Source of the DNA: an uncultured Alphaproteobacteria bacterium
GTDB lineage: Bacteria > Pseudomonadota > Alphaproteobacteria > Rhizobiales > Beijerinckiaceae
Assembly: GCA_963813955.1 (NCBI GenBank)
Contig: CAWFBN010000083.1
Location: 6,869 to 70,868, forward strand
DNA: 64,000 nt
Reading direction: 5' to 3'
This document shows positions 19,021 through 30,644 of this stretch, one piece after another (the first letter of the stretch is position 1; each line of letters starts with the position of its first letter). The position numbers were made by a program, and so were the translations under genes. The notes below the pieces were generated by a model. It made no database searches. It was not told the origin of the DNA and saw only the letters and a list, made by a program, of their open reading frames with translations.

Positions 19021-20502
19021 ATGGGGGCGTCTATCGATATTGGCATGACGCGCACGGGCGCCCCGGCTTTGATCGATCTTGAGGAATTGCTCGCCACGCG
19101 CCTGTTGGTGCAGGGCAATTCCGGATCGGGCAAATCGCATTTGCTGCGTCGGCTGCTGGAGCAGAGCGCCCGGCTTGTCCAGCAGATCGTCATCGATCCG
19201 GAGGGCGATTTCGTCTCGCTCGCCCAGCATTATGGCCATCTGACGCTGAACGCCGCCGAATGCGAGCGCGACCTCGCCGCCATCGCCGCGCGGGTGCGAC
19301 GCCACCGCGTCTCGGTCGTGCTCAATCTTGAAGAGCTGGAAGTGGACGGCCAATTACGCTGCGCCGCGCAATTTCTCAACGCCTTGTTCGAGGCCGAACG
19401 CGACGTGTGGTTTCCGGCGCTGGTGGTGGTGGACGAAGCGCAACTTTTCGCGCCCGCAGCCGCCGCCGACGCCTCGGACGAGGCGCGCCGCATGAGCCTC
19501 GCCGCCATGACCAATCTGATGTGCCGCGGGCGCAAGCGCGGCCTCGCGGGCGTGATCGCCACGCAGCGGCTGGCCAAGCTCGCGAAAAACGTCGCGGCGG
19601 AAGCCTCCAATTTCCTGATGGGCCGCACCTTTCTCGATATCGACATGGCCCGCGCCGCCGATCTGCTCGGCATGGAGCGCCGGCAGGCCGAGGCGTTCCG
19701 CGATCTGGAGCAGGGCGCTTTCATCGGGCTTGGCCCCGCCATTGCGCGGCGGCCTGTGCAGATGCGCATCGGTGAGGTCGAGACGGAGGATCGCGGCGGC
19801 GCGCCGAAACTTTTGCCGCTGCCCATGGCGCATGGGGCGGAGAGTTTGCAGAGCCTGATCTTTGCGCCGGAGGAGCAGCCTATCTCCCCGCCGCGTCCGC
19901 GCGCCCCGGCCCCTGAGGCGGCGCGGGCGATTTTCGCGCGGATTGAACAGGCGCCGCCGCCGGACTATGTCGCCGCCGCGCCGCCCGAACTCAGCGAGGA
20001 CGAGCGCGAGGAGGCGATCGACGACATCATCCGCCAGATGCTCGCCGACGCCCATTCGGCCTTCCAGACCAATGCCGCGCTGCATAGCGATTTTCTCCTG
20101 CGCTGCCGCATCCGTCGCCTCGGCGCGCGTCCTCCCGACCTGGCCGATTTCAGCCGGCGCCTGACGATTTTGCGCAGCTGCGCCGCCTATCCGGACAGCG
20201 CCGACGATGACCTCTGGGGGCGCGCGGTCGACCTCGCCCAGCGGCTGCCGAGCGATTTGCGCGGCGTCTTCCTGCTGTTGAGCCGGGCCGCCGCCGCAGG
20301 AAAACCCTGCCCGGGGGATGACGAGATCGCGCGCTTCTTCGGCAGCCATTCGCCCGGCCGCGCCCGGCGCATGCTGGGGCAGTTGGAACAGATCGAAACC
20401 ATCGTCGTCCGCACCGATTTCCGGCAAAAACGCATCGTCGCCTTCCCCGAACTCGGCTGCGAAACCGCCGCAAAGGAGGAAGCGCCCGCGCTGACGTCAT
20501 GA
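19021..20502 (+). CDS. HerA/DUF87-like ATPase with C-terminal helical/wHTH-like region
   Basis: LLVQGNSGSGKS, IVIDPEGDF, VVVDEAQ, RGRKRG, IATQR; intact ORF. Confidence 0.8.
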   Translation: MGASIDIGMTRTGAPALIDLEELLATRLLVQGNSGSGKSHLLRRLLEQSARLVQQIVIDPEGDFVSLAQHYGHLTLNAAECERDLAAIAARVRRHRVSVVLNLEELEVDGQLRCAAQFLNALFEAERDVWFPALVVVDEAQLFAPAAAADASDEARRMSLAAMTNLMCRGRKRGLAGVIATQRLAKLAKNVAAEASNFLMGRTFLDIDMARAADLLGMERRQAEAFRDLEQGAFIGLGPAIARRPVQMRIGEVETEDRGGAPKLLPLPMAHGAESLQSLIFAPEEQPISPPRPRAPAPEAARAIFARIEQAPPPDYVAAAPPELSEDEREEAIDDIIRQMLADAHSAFQTNAALHSDFLLRCRIRRLGARPPDLADFSRRLTILRSCAAYPDSADDDLWGRAVDLAQRLPSDLRGVFLLLSRAAAAGKPCPGDDEIARFFGSHSPGRARRMLGQLEQIETIVVRTDFRQKRIVAFPELGCETAAKEEAPALTS

Positions 20503-20516
20503 GGCTATAAGTTAGT

Positions 20517-21581
20517 TCACGTCTTGCGTCTCGGGGGCGGGCGCGGTGAAAAGATCGTCGAGGATTCCGCGCCTTTTCCGGCCGGCGCACCAGGGCCAGG
20601 CCGTCGCCGTCGCAGACGAGTGTTTCGGACTTCGGGCTGAAGGATGGTATGGCCGTCCTGCTTTCCAGTGCCGCCACCAGAAAGGCCCCGGCGCCGAGCG
20701 CTTCGATCCCGCCGATCGTCAGCCCGGCGCAGCGGCTGCCGGCTTCCACCGTGATGACCTCGATGTCGAGTCCGAGCGCATGAAGGTCGATGGCGAGGCG
20801 GTCGAGACTGCCGCCGCGCAGTTTGGCGATCACTTTGGTCATGTCGCGATACAGCAGAAGTTCGGCGACACGTTCGGCGCCGATCCGCGCGGGCAGCACG
20901 ACGCGATTGGCTCCTGGCCTGAATGAGCTTGCTTTCCGTGGAGGGCAATTCGCCGCGCGCGATGATCAGCAGCTTTCGGTTGAGGCTGCGGGCGGTGAGC
21001 GTGATGAAGACATTGATGGCGTCGTCGGGCAGCACCGTCGCAAGGGCCCTGGCGCGCATGACGCCGGCCAGCCGCATGGTGTCCTCGTCGGCGGCGTCGC
21101 CGTGAATAAAATGATGCCCGGCCTTGAGGGCGGCGGCGATACGTTCTTCGGAATGGTCGATGACGACGAAATCGCCTTGCGAGGCCTTGAGTTCGCGACA
21201 GAGCATCTGGCCAATCCGGCCGAAGCCGCAAACGACCACATGATCGGAAAGCTTGTCGATGTCCTTTTGCATGCGGCGGCTCCCGAAAACCTGCTGGAAC
21301 TGGCTGGCGGTGATCAACTGGAACAGGCTGCCGGTGAGAAAGATCATCCCCGTGCAGCCCGCAACGATCAGCGCGATCGTAATGGCGCGCAGAACAGGCG
21401 TATCGACAGGGACGACCTCGCGATAGCCGACCGAATAGACCGTAAGAACAACCATATAGATGGCGTCATTCAGATTCCATCCCGAGGCCATGTAGGCCAG
21501 CGTGGCCGCGACGGCGACGACCAGCATGAAAGCCAGGCCAGCGACCAGATTTCGCAGCGGGGAGGCGAGAAACTGAACCAT
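20517..21581 (-). CDS. Potassium channel family protein (2 TM + RCK/TrkA domains, frameshifted)
   Basis: TVYSVGY pore motif, VVVCGFGRIG Rossmann fold, GDAADE. Confidence 0.85.
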   Translation of the reverse strand: MVQFLASPLRNLVAGLAFMLVVAVAATLAYMASGWNLNDAIYMVVLTVYSVGYREVVPVDTPVLRAITIALIVAGCTGMIFLTGSLFQLITASQFQQVFGSRRMQKDIDKLSDHVVVCGFGRIGQMLCRELKASQGDFVVIDHSEERIAAALKAGHHFIHGDAADEDTMRLAGVMRARALATVLPDDAINVFITLTARSLNRKLLIIARGELPSTESKLIQARSQSRRAARADRRRTCRRTSAVSRHDQSDRQTARRQSRPPRHRPSCARTRHRGHHGGSRQPLRRADDRRDRSARRRGLSGGGTGKQDGHTILQPEVRNTRLRRRRPGPGAPAGKGAESSTIFSPRPPPRRKT

Positions 21582-21619
21582 CGAAATTCCAATAGCGCGC
21601 CGAAACAGCTAACGCGATA

Positions 21620-22033
21620 GGACTTTTCGAGTGATTGATCCATCGCAATCTTGCCCGCTCGGGCAGAAGCAAAAACCGGCTTCTGCGTCAATGGGGCTTT
21701 TTCTTCAAGATCGCGCGCAGGAATCCCGCGATACGTGACCTCCAATTTGCTTCTGAGCGGCGGCGGCGATGGCAGCGGCGTCGATAAAAGCAACGCCTGC
21801 GTCATCGGGGCGTCTTTCGCGTCGAGACTTTCCACGGGCCGGCTTTCCTCGAGAAGACTTCCCCGGCTTGCCTCCAGTCGGCTCGCCTCAATTCGACCCG
21901 CCTCCAATCGATTTGCCAATTCTTCTTCGACAAGCTCGCGCCACGCGCCTTTCAACTCGCGTTCAAGCTCAACGGGCGACATTTTCGCGAAAACATCGCG
22001 CAATTCGCCTTCGATCTCTTCTCTGGACAGCAC
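21620..22033 (-). CDS. Acidic hypothetical protein (3' end uncertain)
   Basis: AAAGGAGG RBS 5 nt before GTG at 22033; Glu-rich helical N-terminus; the ORF as sequenced runs on into the K+ channel start. Confidence 0.5.
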
Positions 22034-22050
22034 TTTTTCCTCCTTTCAAT

Positions 22051-23713
22051 TCATTTTGCGTCGTCGGAATGACCGAGAAGGTGAGCAGCGGCGCGCCAGG
22101 CGTGACGCGTCATCGCCTCGAGGCGGCGAACCGTCTCGATCCGGGCCATGGCCTGATCCGCCGTGAGCGCTTCCGCTCCGCCCACCGCTTTCAGAGTCTC
22201 GCTGCGATGCTTGCGCTGGAACTCGCTCAATGTTCTCGCGCCTTGTTCCAGTCTGGCGAGAGCCGCGTTTGCGCCCGGCGTGTCCAGCGAGTCGATGGGG
22301 GCGGCGGCGGCGCTGAGCGCCAATTCATGGGCGATGTCATGGACCGCCGCAACCGCATCGCGCATCGCCTCCGCGCAGATTTTTGCCGCGCGGGCCTCGT
22401 CGGAGCCGTCCTGCGTCCCGAGAAAGTCCCGCTCCTCGCCGGCGATTTCCGCCAGCCGGGAAGCGTGATCGAGGGCGTGCAGCGTGCCGGTCAGGCGAAA
22501 CTCTTCGCTCGCGGAGCTCAGGAGGGCCGCTGACGTCGGAAATGAAGTCCCGGCTTTTTTGCAGGGCGTCCGCCGCGTCCGTCACGGCAATGGGAGCGCC
22601 CCCGCTGGCGCCCGTGACGGCGGCGGCGATTTTTTCGCCCATCTGTTCGATCGCCAGCGCGAGGGTGCGGCGGACGGCTTCCACCGCGACAATCGGATTG
22701 TCCAGCGCCGCCGGGTCGAGGGCGCGGGTCAGGGGCGAGCGCCGGTCGGGCAGCAGGCGTTCGACCAGACGCGTAAAGCGCTCAATCGCCGGCATCACCG
22801 CCATGACGCCGACGACATTATAGGCGGTGTGGTAGGCGGCGAGCAGCGTCAGGCCGTCGACATGGTCGGCAGCGCGGAAAATCCACGGCATGGTCAGGGG
22901 GAAGAGCGCGAGGGCGATGAGCGCCGCGATGATCTTGAAGAGAATATAGGCCAGCGCCAGCCGTTTGGCGGTGACGGTCGCGCCGATGGCCGCCAGCGCC
23001 GAACTGGTCGCGGTGCCGATATTCTGCCCGATGATCAGCGCGCAGCCCTGATCCAGCCCGATGGCGCCGGCGTAAAAGGCCGAGAGCGTGACGGTGATCG
23101 ACGCCGTCGAGGATTGCATCACGGTGGTCATGAGGAGGCCGATGACCACCAGCGACAGCAGCCCGAACCATCCCGACAACAGGCCGACGCCCGGAGCGCC
23201 CAGAACGGCGGGGAAATCGGAAGGATGCAACTGCGCCGCAAGGCCGCCCATGCCTTGCTGGAGCGTGGTCAATCCGTAAAGGACGAGGGCGAAGCCCGCC
23301 AGCGCCGCGCCAGCCGCCGAGAGGCGCCCGCGCCCCATCAGCCTGGCCAGGGCGCCGACGAAAATCATCGGCAAGGCATAGGAGGACAGGGAAACCCGCA
23401 GGCCGATCAGCGCCACCAGCCAGCCCGTGCCGGTCGTGCCGACATTGGCGCCCAGCACCAGCCCCAGCCCTTGCGGAAAACCCAGCAGACCCGCGCTGAC
23501 GAGGCCGATGGTCGTCATGGTCGTCGCGCTCGACGATTGCACGAGCAGCGTGACGATGGCGCCCCAGAAGGCGCCGGAGAGCGGCGTCGCGGCGGCCTTG
23601 CCGAGAACCGTGCGCAGCGACGATCCGGCCAGCCCTTTCAGGCCGTCCGTCATGATGGTCATGCCGAGCAGAAACAGGCCTATGCCGCCCAGAACCGATA
23701 TCGTCATCGACAT
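22051..23713 (-). CDS. Na/Pi cotransporter family protein (frameshifted)
   Basis: GGIGLFLLGM, LVQSSSATT, GANVGTT, MQSSTA, GQNIGT. Confidence 0.9.
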
Positions 23714-23747
23714 TGGCGTCTCCCGTCACGTTTGTTCGGTTCCGGTT

Positions 23748-24650
23748 TCAGCTTTCCTGATCGAGTTCGGCGCGCGCCGCCGCGAGTTCGCTTTTCTTTT
23801 CCGGGTCCACTTCCGGATAGGTGAGGTTGAGCTTTTCGACGACCTCGACAATCGCGGCGGCGACGACCAGACGCGAGAACCATTTATGGTCGGCGGGCAC
23901 GACATACCATGGCGCGCGCTTGGTGGCGGTCGCCTTGATCGCCTCCTCGAAGGCGTGCTGGTAATCGTCCCAGCGCTGGCGCTCGCGGACGTCGGCGGAG
24001 GAGAATTTCCAGTTTCGCGACGGGTCTTCGATCCGCTTCATGAAGCGCTTTTTCTGTTCATCGCGCGAAATATTCAGGAAGAATTTGAGAACGATCACGC
24101 CCTGACGGGTCAGGTAATCCTCGAAATGGGCGATGTCGCCGAGCCTTTCGTCCCAGATGCGTTTGGTGACATATTCGGACGGCAGCTTCTGGTGTTCGAG
24201 CAAATCCTCATGCACGCGAACGACCAGCGTTTCTTCATAATAGGATCGGTTGAAGATGCCGATGCGGCCCCGCTCCGGGACTTGTTTGGCGTAACGCCAC
24301 AGGAAGTCGTGCGACAATTCCTCGTCCGAGGGCTGCTTGAAGGACGACACCTGACAGCCCTGCGGATTGACGCCGGACATGACGTGCTTGATCGTGCCGT
24401 CCTTGCCCGCCGCGTCCATGGCCTGAAAAACCAGCAACAGCGACCAGCGATCCTGCGCGTAAAGCTTGTCCTGTTCCATCGCCAGCCAGTCGCGGCCGCG
24501 TTGCAGGAGTGCGGACGCCTCGGTCTTGTTCATCTTGAGGCCGCGCGTGTCGCCGGGATCGAAATCCTTGAGCCGGAATCCCTTGCCCGAGGTGACCCGG
24601 AAGGGACTGACGTATTTGTCGACGAACTCCTGAACTTCCTTGTTGGGCAT
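23748..24650 (-). CDS. ppk2: Polyphosphate kinase 2 family protein (class III-like)
   Basis: QAMDAAGKDG, HDFLWR, FNRSYYE, NWKFS, PWYVVPADHKW. Confidence 0.93.
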   Translation of the reverse strand: MPNKEVQEFVDKYVSPFRVTSGKGFRLKDFDPGDTRGLKMNKTEASALLQRGRDWLAMEQDKLYAQDRWSLLLVFQAMDAAGKDGTIKHVMSGVNPQGCQVSSFKQPSDEELSHDFLWRYAKQVPERGRIGIFNRSYYEETLVVRVHEDLLEHQKLPSEYVTKRIWDERLGDIAHFEDYLTRQGVIVLKFFLNISRDEQKKRFMKRIEDPSRNWKFSSADVRERQRWDDYQHAFEEAIKATATKRAPWYVVPADHKWFSRLVVAAAIVEVVEKLNLTYPEVDPEKKSELAAARAELDQES

Positions 24651-24811
24651 GGATGTTTCCCCCCGAGATTGCTTGTTTTGACGCCAGCGTAACAGAAGTT
24701 TTCCGAAAAGCAGCAGTCCTGTCGATCCGGATCGCGAGTGTTGAGTTCGCGAGGAAAGCGGCTTAACTCAGTACGGATCAGGCAAACGGCCGCAGGCCAG
24801 AAAGTCCATTC

Positions 24812-25849
24812 ATGACCGAGGATCGCGCCGTGCGGGCGTCGCTTGTTCTTTGCGCCATGGTCGCCGCTTCTCGCCGCCGCCTATCTGGCGCGGCCGATCA
24901 TCGCCCCCGTGACCTTCGCCTTGTTCATCGTCGCGGTGGTCTGTCCGCTGCAAGGCGCGCTTCAGCGGCGCATTCCAAAATTGCTCGCGCTGGTCCTGAC
25001 CCTGCTGGCCACCATCGCCGTCATCTCGGTTCTCGCCTTTCTGGTGGTTTGGGCCTTTGGCCTCGTCGCCCAGTGGCTCCTCAGATAACACCGCGCGTTT
25101 CCAGGCGCTTTACACGCAGGCGACCGATTGGCTCGATGGGCACGGCGTGCCCGCGCATACCACGATGGCGACGAGCTTCAATCCCTCCTGGATCACCGGC
25201 GTGGTGCGGGAAATCGGCGGAAAGGGCGCGGGCGCGCTGTCCTTCATCATCATCACCTTTGCCTTCACGGTGCTGGCCCTGCTCGAAGTCGATGTCGTCC
25301 GCAACAGCGTCAACCGGCTTGAGAGCCCGAAAATGCGCGAGGCGCTGCTGTCGCCCGCGCAGGAAATTTCCTCAAAATTTCAAAAATATATGCTGGTGCG
25401 CAGCACGATGAGCCTGTTGACCGGCGCGGTCGTCTGGGCCTTTGCGCTGACGGCGGGAATCGAGTTGGCGACGGCTTGGGGCGTGATCGCCTTCGTCCTC
25501 AATTACATTCCCTTTATCGGCCCGCTCATCGCGACGGTCGTTCCCTCGCTGTTCGCGCTGGCGCAGTTCGAATCCTGGCAATCTGGCGATCGGGGTGTTC
25601 GCCTGCCTGAACTTCATCCAGTTCTTCATCGGCAGCTATCTCGAACCCCGTATCGCCGGCAAACGGCTCTCGCTCTCGCCCTTCATGGTGCTGTTCGCGG
25701 TGTTTTTCTGGAGCTTTCTGTGGGGCATGGCGGGCGCCTTCATCGGCGTGCCGATCCTGATCGCCGTGCTCACGATTTGCAGCGAGCATGAGTCGACCAG
25801 ATGGATTTACGTGCTCATGTCGGGGGGCGGCGCCAGCGAAAAGGCGTGA
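24812..25849 (+). CDS. AI-2E family transporter (frameshifted)
   Basis: FVLNYIPFIGP, YLEPRIAG, WGMAGAFIGVP. Confidence 0.85.
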
Positions 25850-25854
25850 CGAGG

Positions 25855-27040
<1,186 letters not shown>

Positions 27041-27147
27041 GAACGCAAAACCCTACGCGACTGACTGACAAGGCCACGCTAGGCGAACGCGGTAAAGACG
27101 AGGTTTAGGCGTCCGATCGGAAGGTGTCCCTTTTCCGTACGGAAAGC

Positions 27148-27162
27148 TTAATGCAGTGTTAT
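27148..27162. promoter_or_regulatory. Possible CtrA box upstream of ccrM
   Basis: TTAA-TGCAGTG-TTAT, one mismatch to TTAA-N7-TTAA. Confidence 0.45.
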
Positions 27163-27788
27163 GATGACGCTGTGTCGCCGGTCTCGCCGCACAGTCGAAC
27201 CGGAGCATAGCTGCGTCGATGTTCGGGGCAGGGACCGAGTTTTTGCAGCGCCGCGCGATGGGCCACGGTCGCATAGCCGGCGTGCGCGGAAAAACCATAA
27301 CCGGGATGCAACAGATCGAGCCGCGCCATCAGGCGGTCCCGCGAAACCTTGGCGACGATCGAGGCGGCGGCGATGGACAGGCTGATCGCGTCGCCTTGAA
27401 TGATGGCGCGGCTCGCGCAGGGCAGGGCCGGCAGATCGTTGCCGTCCACCAGAATGAAGGCCGGCGCGAGGCCCAGCGCCTGCGCCGCGCGGCTCATGCA
27501 GGCCAGCGTCGCCTGCCTGATATTGATCGCGTCGATTTCCGCCGCCGGCGCCATGGCGACCGCGACGGCAAGCGCGCGGGCGCAGATGTCTTCGTAAAGC
27601 GCCTCGCGTTTTGCCGCGGTGAGCTTTTTGGAATCGTCCACGCCTTGCGGCAAATCGCGCGGGTTGAGGATGACCGCCGCGACGCAGACCGGTCCGGCCA
27701 GCGGACCGCGCCCCACCTCGTCGATTCCGGCGACCGGCCAGATGTTTTGCGCGATGAGCTCAAGCTCGATGTCGAAATGCGCGCTCAA
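27159..27788 (-). CDS. rnhB: Ribonuclease HII
   Basis: [38 protein letters not shown]. Confidence 0.96.
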   Translation of the reverse strand: MSAHFDIELELIAQNIWPVAGIDEVGRGPLAGPVCVAAVILNPRDLPQGVDDSKKLTAAKREALYEDICARALAVAVAMAPAAEIDAINIRQATLACMSRAAQALGLAPAFILVDGNDLPALPCASRAIIQGDAISLSIAAASIVAKVSRDRLMARLDLLHPGYGFSAHAGYATVAHRAALQKLGPCPEHRRSYAPVRLCGETGDTASS

Positions 27789-28683
27789 TTCGCGGCGCCC
27801 GCATCGAGCGCGTGCCTGAGGCTGCGCAGATCGCGCCAGGCTTGCGCCTTTTTGAGCGGCGCGCGCAGCAGATAGGCGGGATGCAGCATCGGCAGCGCCT
27901 TGATCTTGCGGTCGCCGCAGTCGTAGTCATGCCAATGGCCGCGCAACCGCATGATGCCCTCCTTCTCGTTCAGCAGGGTCTGGGCGGAGGACGCGCCGAG
28001 CAGGACCAGAAAATCGGGCGAAACCAATTCGATCTGGCGGCGGATGAAGGGCAGGCACAAGGCCAGTTCCTGCGGTGTCGGCGTGCGGTTGCCGGGCGGC
28101 CGCCAGGGTACGACATTGGCGATATAAACTTTTGTGCGGTCGAGGCCGATGGCGGCCAGCATCTTGTCGAGCAATTGCCCGGCCTTTCCGACGAAAGGTT
28201 TTCCGATGCGGTCCTCTTCGGCGCCGGGACCCTCGCCGACGATCATCAGGCGCGCGTCGGGCGCGCCGTCGGCAAAGACCAATTGGGTCGCGGCGTTTTT
28301 CAGGGCGCAGCCGTCGAAGGCGCCCAGTTTTTCGCGCAATTCATCAAGCGTGCCTGCGCTGGCCGCCTGTTCGCGCGCGCTGGCGACGGCGGAGTCCTGC
28401 GACAGCGCCGCAGCCGGGCGGGCGGCGAGGGGCGCCATAACTGGCGCAACGGGCGACGGCGCGGGTCTTGGCTGAGGAATCCTTGGCGGCTGAGGAGGCG
28501 ATGGCCGGGGAGGCGGCAGGCGCCTGCGGACCGGGAAGGCTGCGCCAGCGATTTGGTCTGCGCCAGCGATTGAGCGAAGCGGTCGACCGGCGCTTCCTCC
28601 ACCGGACAATCAACGCCCATGTCGACATACCAGCGCAACAGCGCTGCGAGGTCTTGGCGGTCCGGGGCGGAGGGAAGGGGCAT
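27785..28683 (-). CDS. Uracil-DNA glycosylase family 4 (frameshifted)
   Basis: [30 protein letters not shown]. Confidence 0.93.
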
Positions 28684-28896
28684 GGCTGTTCTTAGCCGTC
28701 AGGAGCTTCAGGCGCAAACTCGCGCGTCAAACAGTCGCAAACCGATGCAGCGCACAATAATATTGCGCTCAGGCCGCAGGTATCGCTGTAGACACGCGCG
28801 TGAAGCGCGCTATGAAGATTATTGCAGGCGCGCGCAATGCGCTATGAAGATTAAATAAAGGCGTCACCAAAAAGGGGCGTCCTGTGGGAGAAAGAG

Positions 28897-30570
28897 ATGA
28901 GCGAAGTGGAGTTAGAGCCGCGCGAGGCGATGGATTATGACGTGGTGGTGGTCGGCGGCGGTCCGGCGGGCCTCGCGGCGGCGATCCGGCTCAAGCAGAT
29001 CAATCCGGACTTTTCCGTCGTGCTGGTGGAAAAAGGCTCCGAAATCGGCGCGCATACTCTGTCCGGCGTGGTGGTCGACCCCATCGGCCTCGACAAGCTG
29101 CTGCCGGGTTGGCGCGAAGACGCCGATGCGCCGCTGAAGCTCAAGGTCGCGGACGACCATTTCTATCTGCTCGGCCCCTCCGGCGGTCTGCGCCTGCCCA
29201 ACTTTCTCATGCCGCCGATGATGAATAATCACGGCAATTTCGTCGGCTCGCTCGGCAATGTCTGCCGCTATCTCGGCGCCAAGGCGGAAGAACTCGGCGT
29301 GGAAATCTATCCGGGTTTCGCTGCGGTCGAGCTATTGCTCGGCGACAAGGGCGAAGTTCTCGGCGTCGCCACCGGCGACATGGGCGTTGGCCGCGACGGC
29401 AAGCCCAAGGATTCCTTTGTCCGTGGCATGGAGTTGCGCGGCAAATACACGTTTTTCGCCGAGGGCGCGCGCGGTTCGCTGTCGAAACAGCTCATCGCCA
29501 AATTCAAGCTGGATGAAGGACGCGAGCCGCAGAAATTCGGCATCGGCTTGAAGGAACTCTGGCAGGTCGATCCGGCCAAGCACAAGCCCGGCGTGTTGCA
29601 GCACAGCTTTGGCTGGCCGCTCTCAGGCGACACCGGCGGCGGCTCGTTTCTCTATCATATCGAGGACAACCAGGTCGTCGTCGGCTTCGTCGTCCACCTC
29701 AACTACAAGAACCCGACCCTGTCGCCCTTCGACGAATTCCAGCGTTTCAAGACGCATCTGATGATTCGCGACGTGTTCGAAGGCGGCAAGCGCCTGAGCT
29801 ATGGCGCGCGCGCGCTGTCGGAAGGCGGCTGGCAATCGGTTCCCAAATTGAGTTTCCCGGGCGGCGTGCTGCTCGGCTGCTCGGCCGGCTTTGTAAACGT
29901 GCCGCGTATAAAGGGGTCGCATAATGCGGTCCTGTCGGGGATGCAGGCGGCGGAGGCCGCCGCCACGGCGTTGGCGGCAGGACGCGCCCATGACGAACTG
30001 GCGGATTACGAGAATGGCTGGCGCGACAGCGCGATCGGGGTCGACCTCAAGAAGGTGCGCAACGTCAAGCCGTTGTGGTCGAAATTCGGGACATTGATCG
30101 GGGTGTCGCTCGGCAGCCTCGACATGTGGCTCAATCAGCTTTTCGGCTGGAGCCCCTTCGGCACGCTGCCGCATGGCGCGCCGGATCACGCAAGCTTGCT
30201 GCCGCTCTCGAAGGTCACGCCGCATGTCTATCCCAAGCCCGATGGCGTGCTGACCTTCGACAAACTGTCCTCGGTGTTCATCTCCAACACCGATCACGAG
30301 GAAAACCAGCCGATCCACCTGAAACTCACCGACCCCAGCATTCCGGTGGCGAAAAACCTTCCGGAATTTGGCGAGCCGGCGCGGCTTTACTGCCCGGCGG
30401 GGGTTTATGAGATCGTCTATGGCGACGAGGTGAAGAAGACCGACCCGCGTTTCGTGATCAACGCGCAGAATTGCGTTCACTGCAAAACCTGCGACATCAA
30501 GGACCCGGCCCAGAACATCACCTGGACCTGTCCGGAAGGCGGCGGCGGCCCGAATTATCCGAATATGTGA
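28897..30570 (+). CDS. Electron transfer flavoprotein-ubiquinone oxidoreductase
   Basis: GGGPAG, EKGSEIGAH, CPAGVYE, NCVHCKTCDIKDP, GGGPNY. Confidence 0.97.
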   Translation: MSEVELEPREAMDYDVVVVGGGPAGLAAAIRLKQINPDFSVVLVEKGSEIGAHTLSGVVVDPIGLDKLLPGWREDADAPLKLKVADDHFYLLGPSGGLRLPNFLMPPMMNNHGNFVGSLGNVCRYLGAKAEELGVEIYPGFAAVELLLGDKGEVLGVATGDMGVGRDGKPKDSFVRGMELRGKYTFFAEGARGSLSKQLIAKFKLDEGREPQKFGIGLKELWQVDPAKHKPGVLQHSFGWPLSGDTGGGSFLYHIEDNQVVVGFVVHLNYKNPTLSPFDEFQRFKTHLMIRDVFEGGKRLSYGARALSEGGWQSVPKLSFPGGVLLGCSAGFVNVPRIKGSHNAVLSGMQAAEAAATALAAGRAHDELADYENGWRDSAIGVDLKKVRNVKPLWSKFGTLIGVSLGSLDMWLNQLFGWSPFGTLPHGAPDHASLLPLSKVTPHVYPKPDGVLTFDKLSSVFISNTDHEENQPIHLKLTDPSIPVAKNLPEFGEPARLYCPAGVYEIVYGDEVKKTDPRFVINAQNCVHCKTCDIKDPAQNITWTCPEGGGGPNYPNM

Positions 30571-30578
30571 GGGGCGCG

Positions 30579-30629
30579 ACCTCTCATCCGGTCTTTCAGG
30601 TCCCCTTCTCCCTCAAGGGGAGAAGGGAG
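30579..30629. repeat. CCTTCTCCC-type palindromic repeat (half element)
   Basis: CCCTTCTCCC-TCAAG-GGGAGAAGGG hairpin between convergent genes; same family as 55082-55223. Confidence 0.7.
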
Positions 30630-30644
30630 AGGGGTCGCCGCGAC

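Noticed and set aside
19021-20502. HerA-based anti-phage system
   Set aside because: No adjacent effector gene, and the downstream neighbours are housekeeping transport genes.
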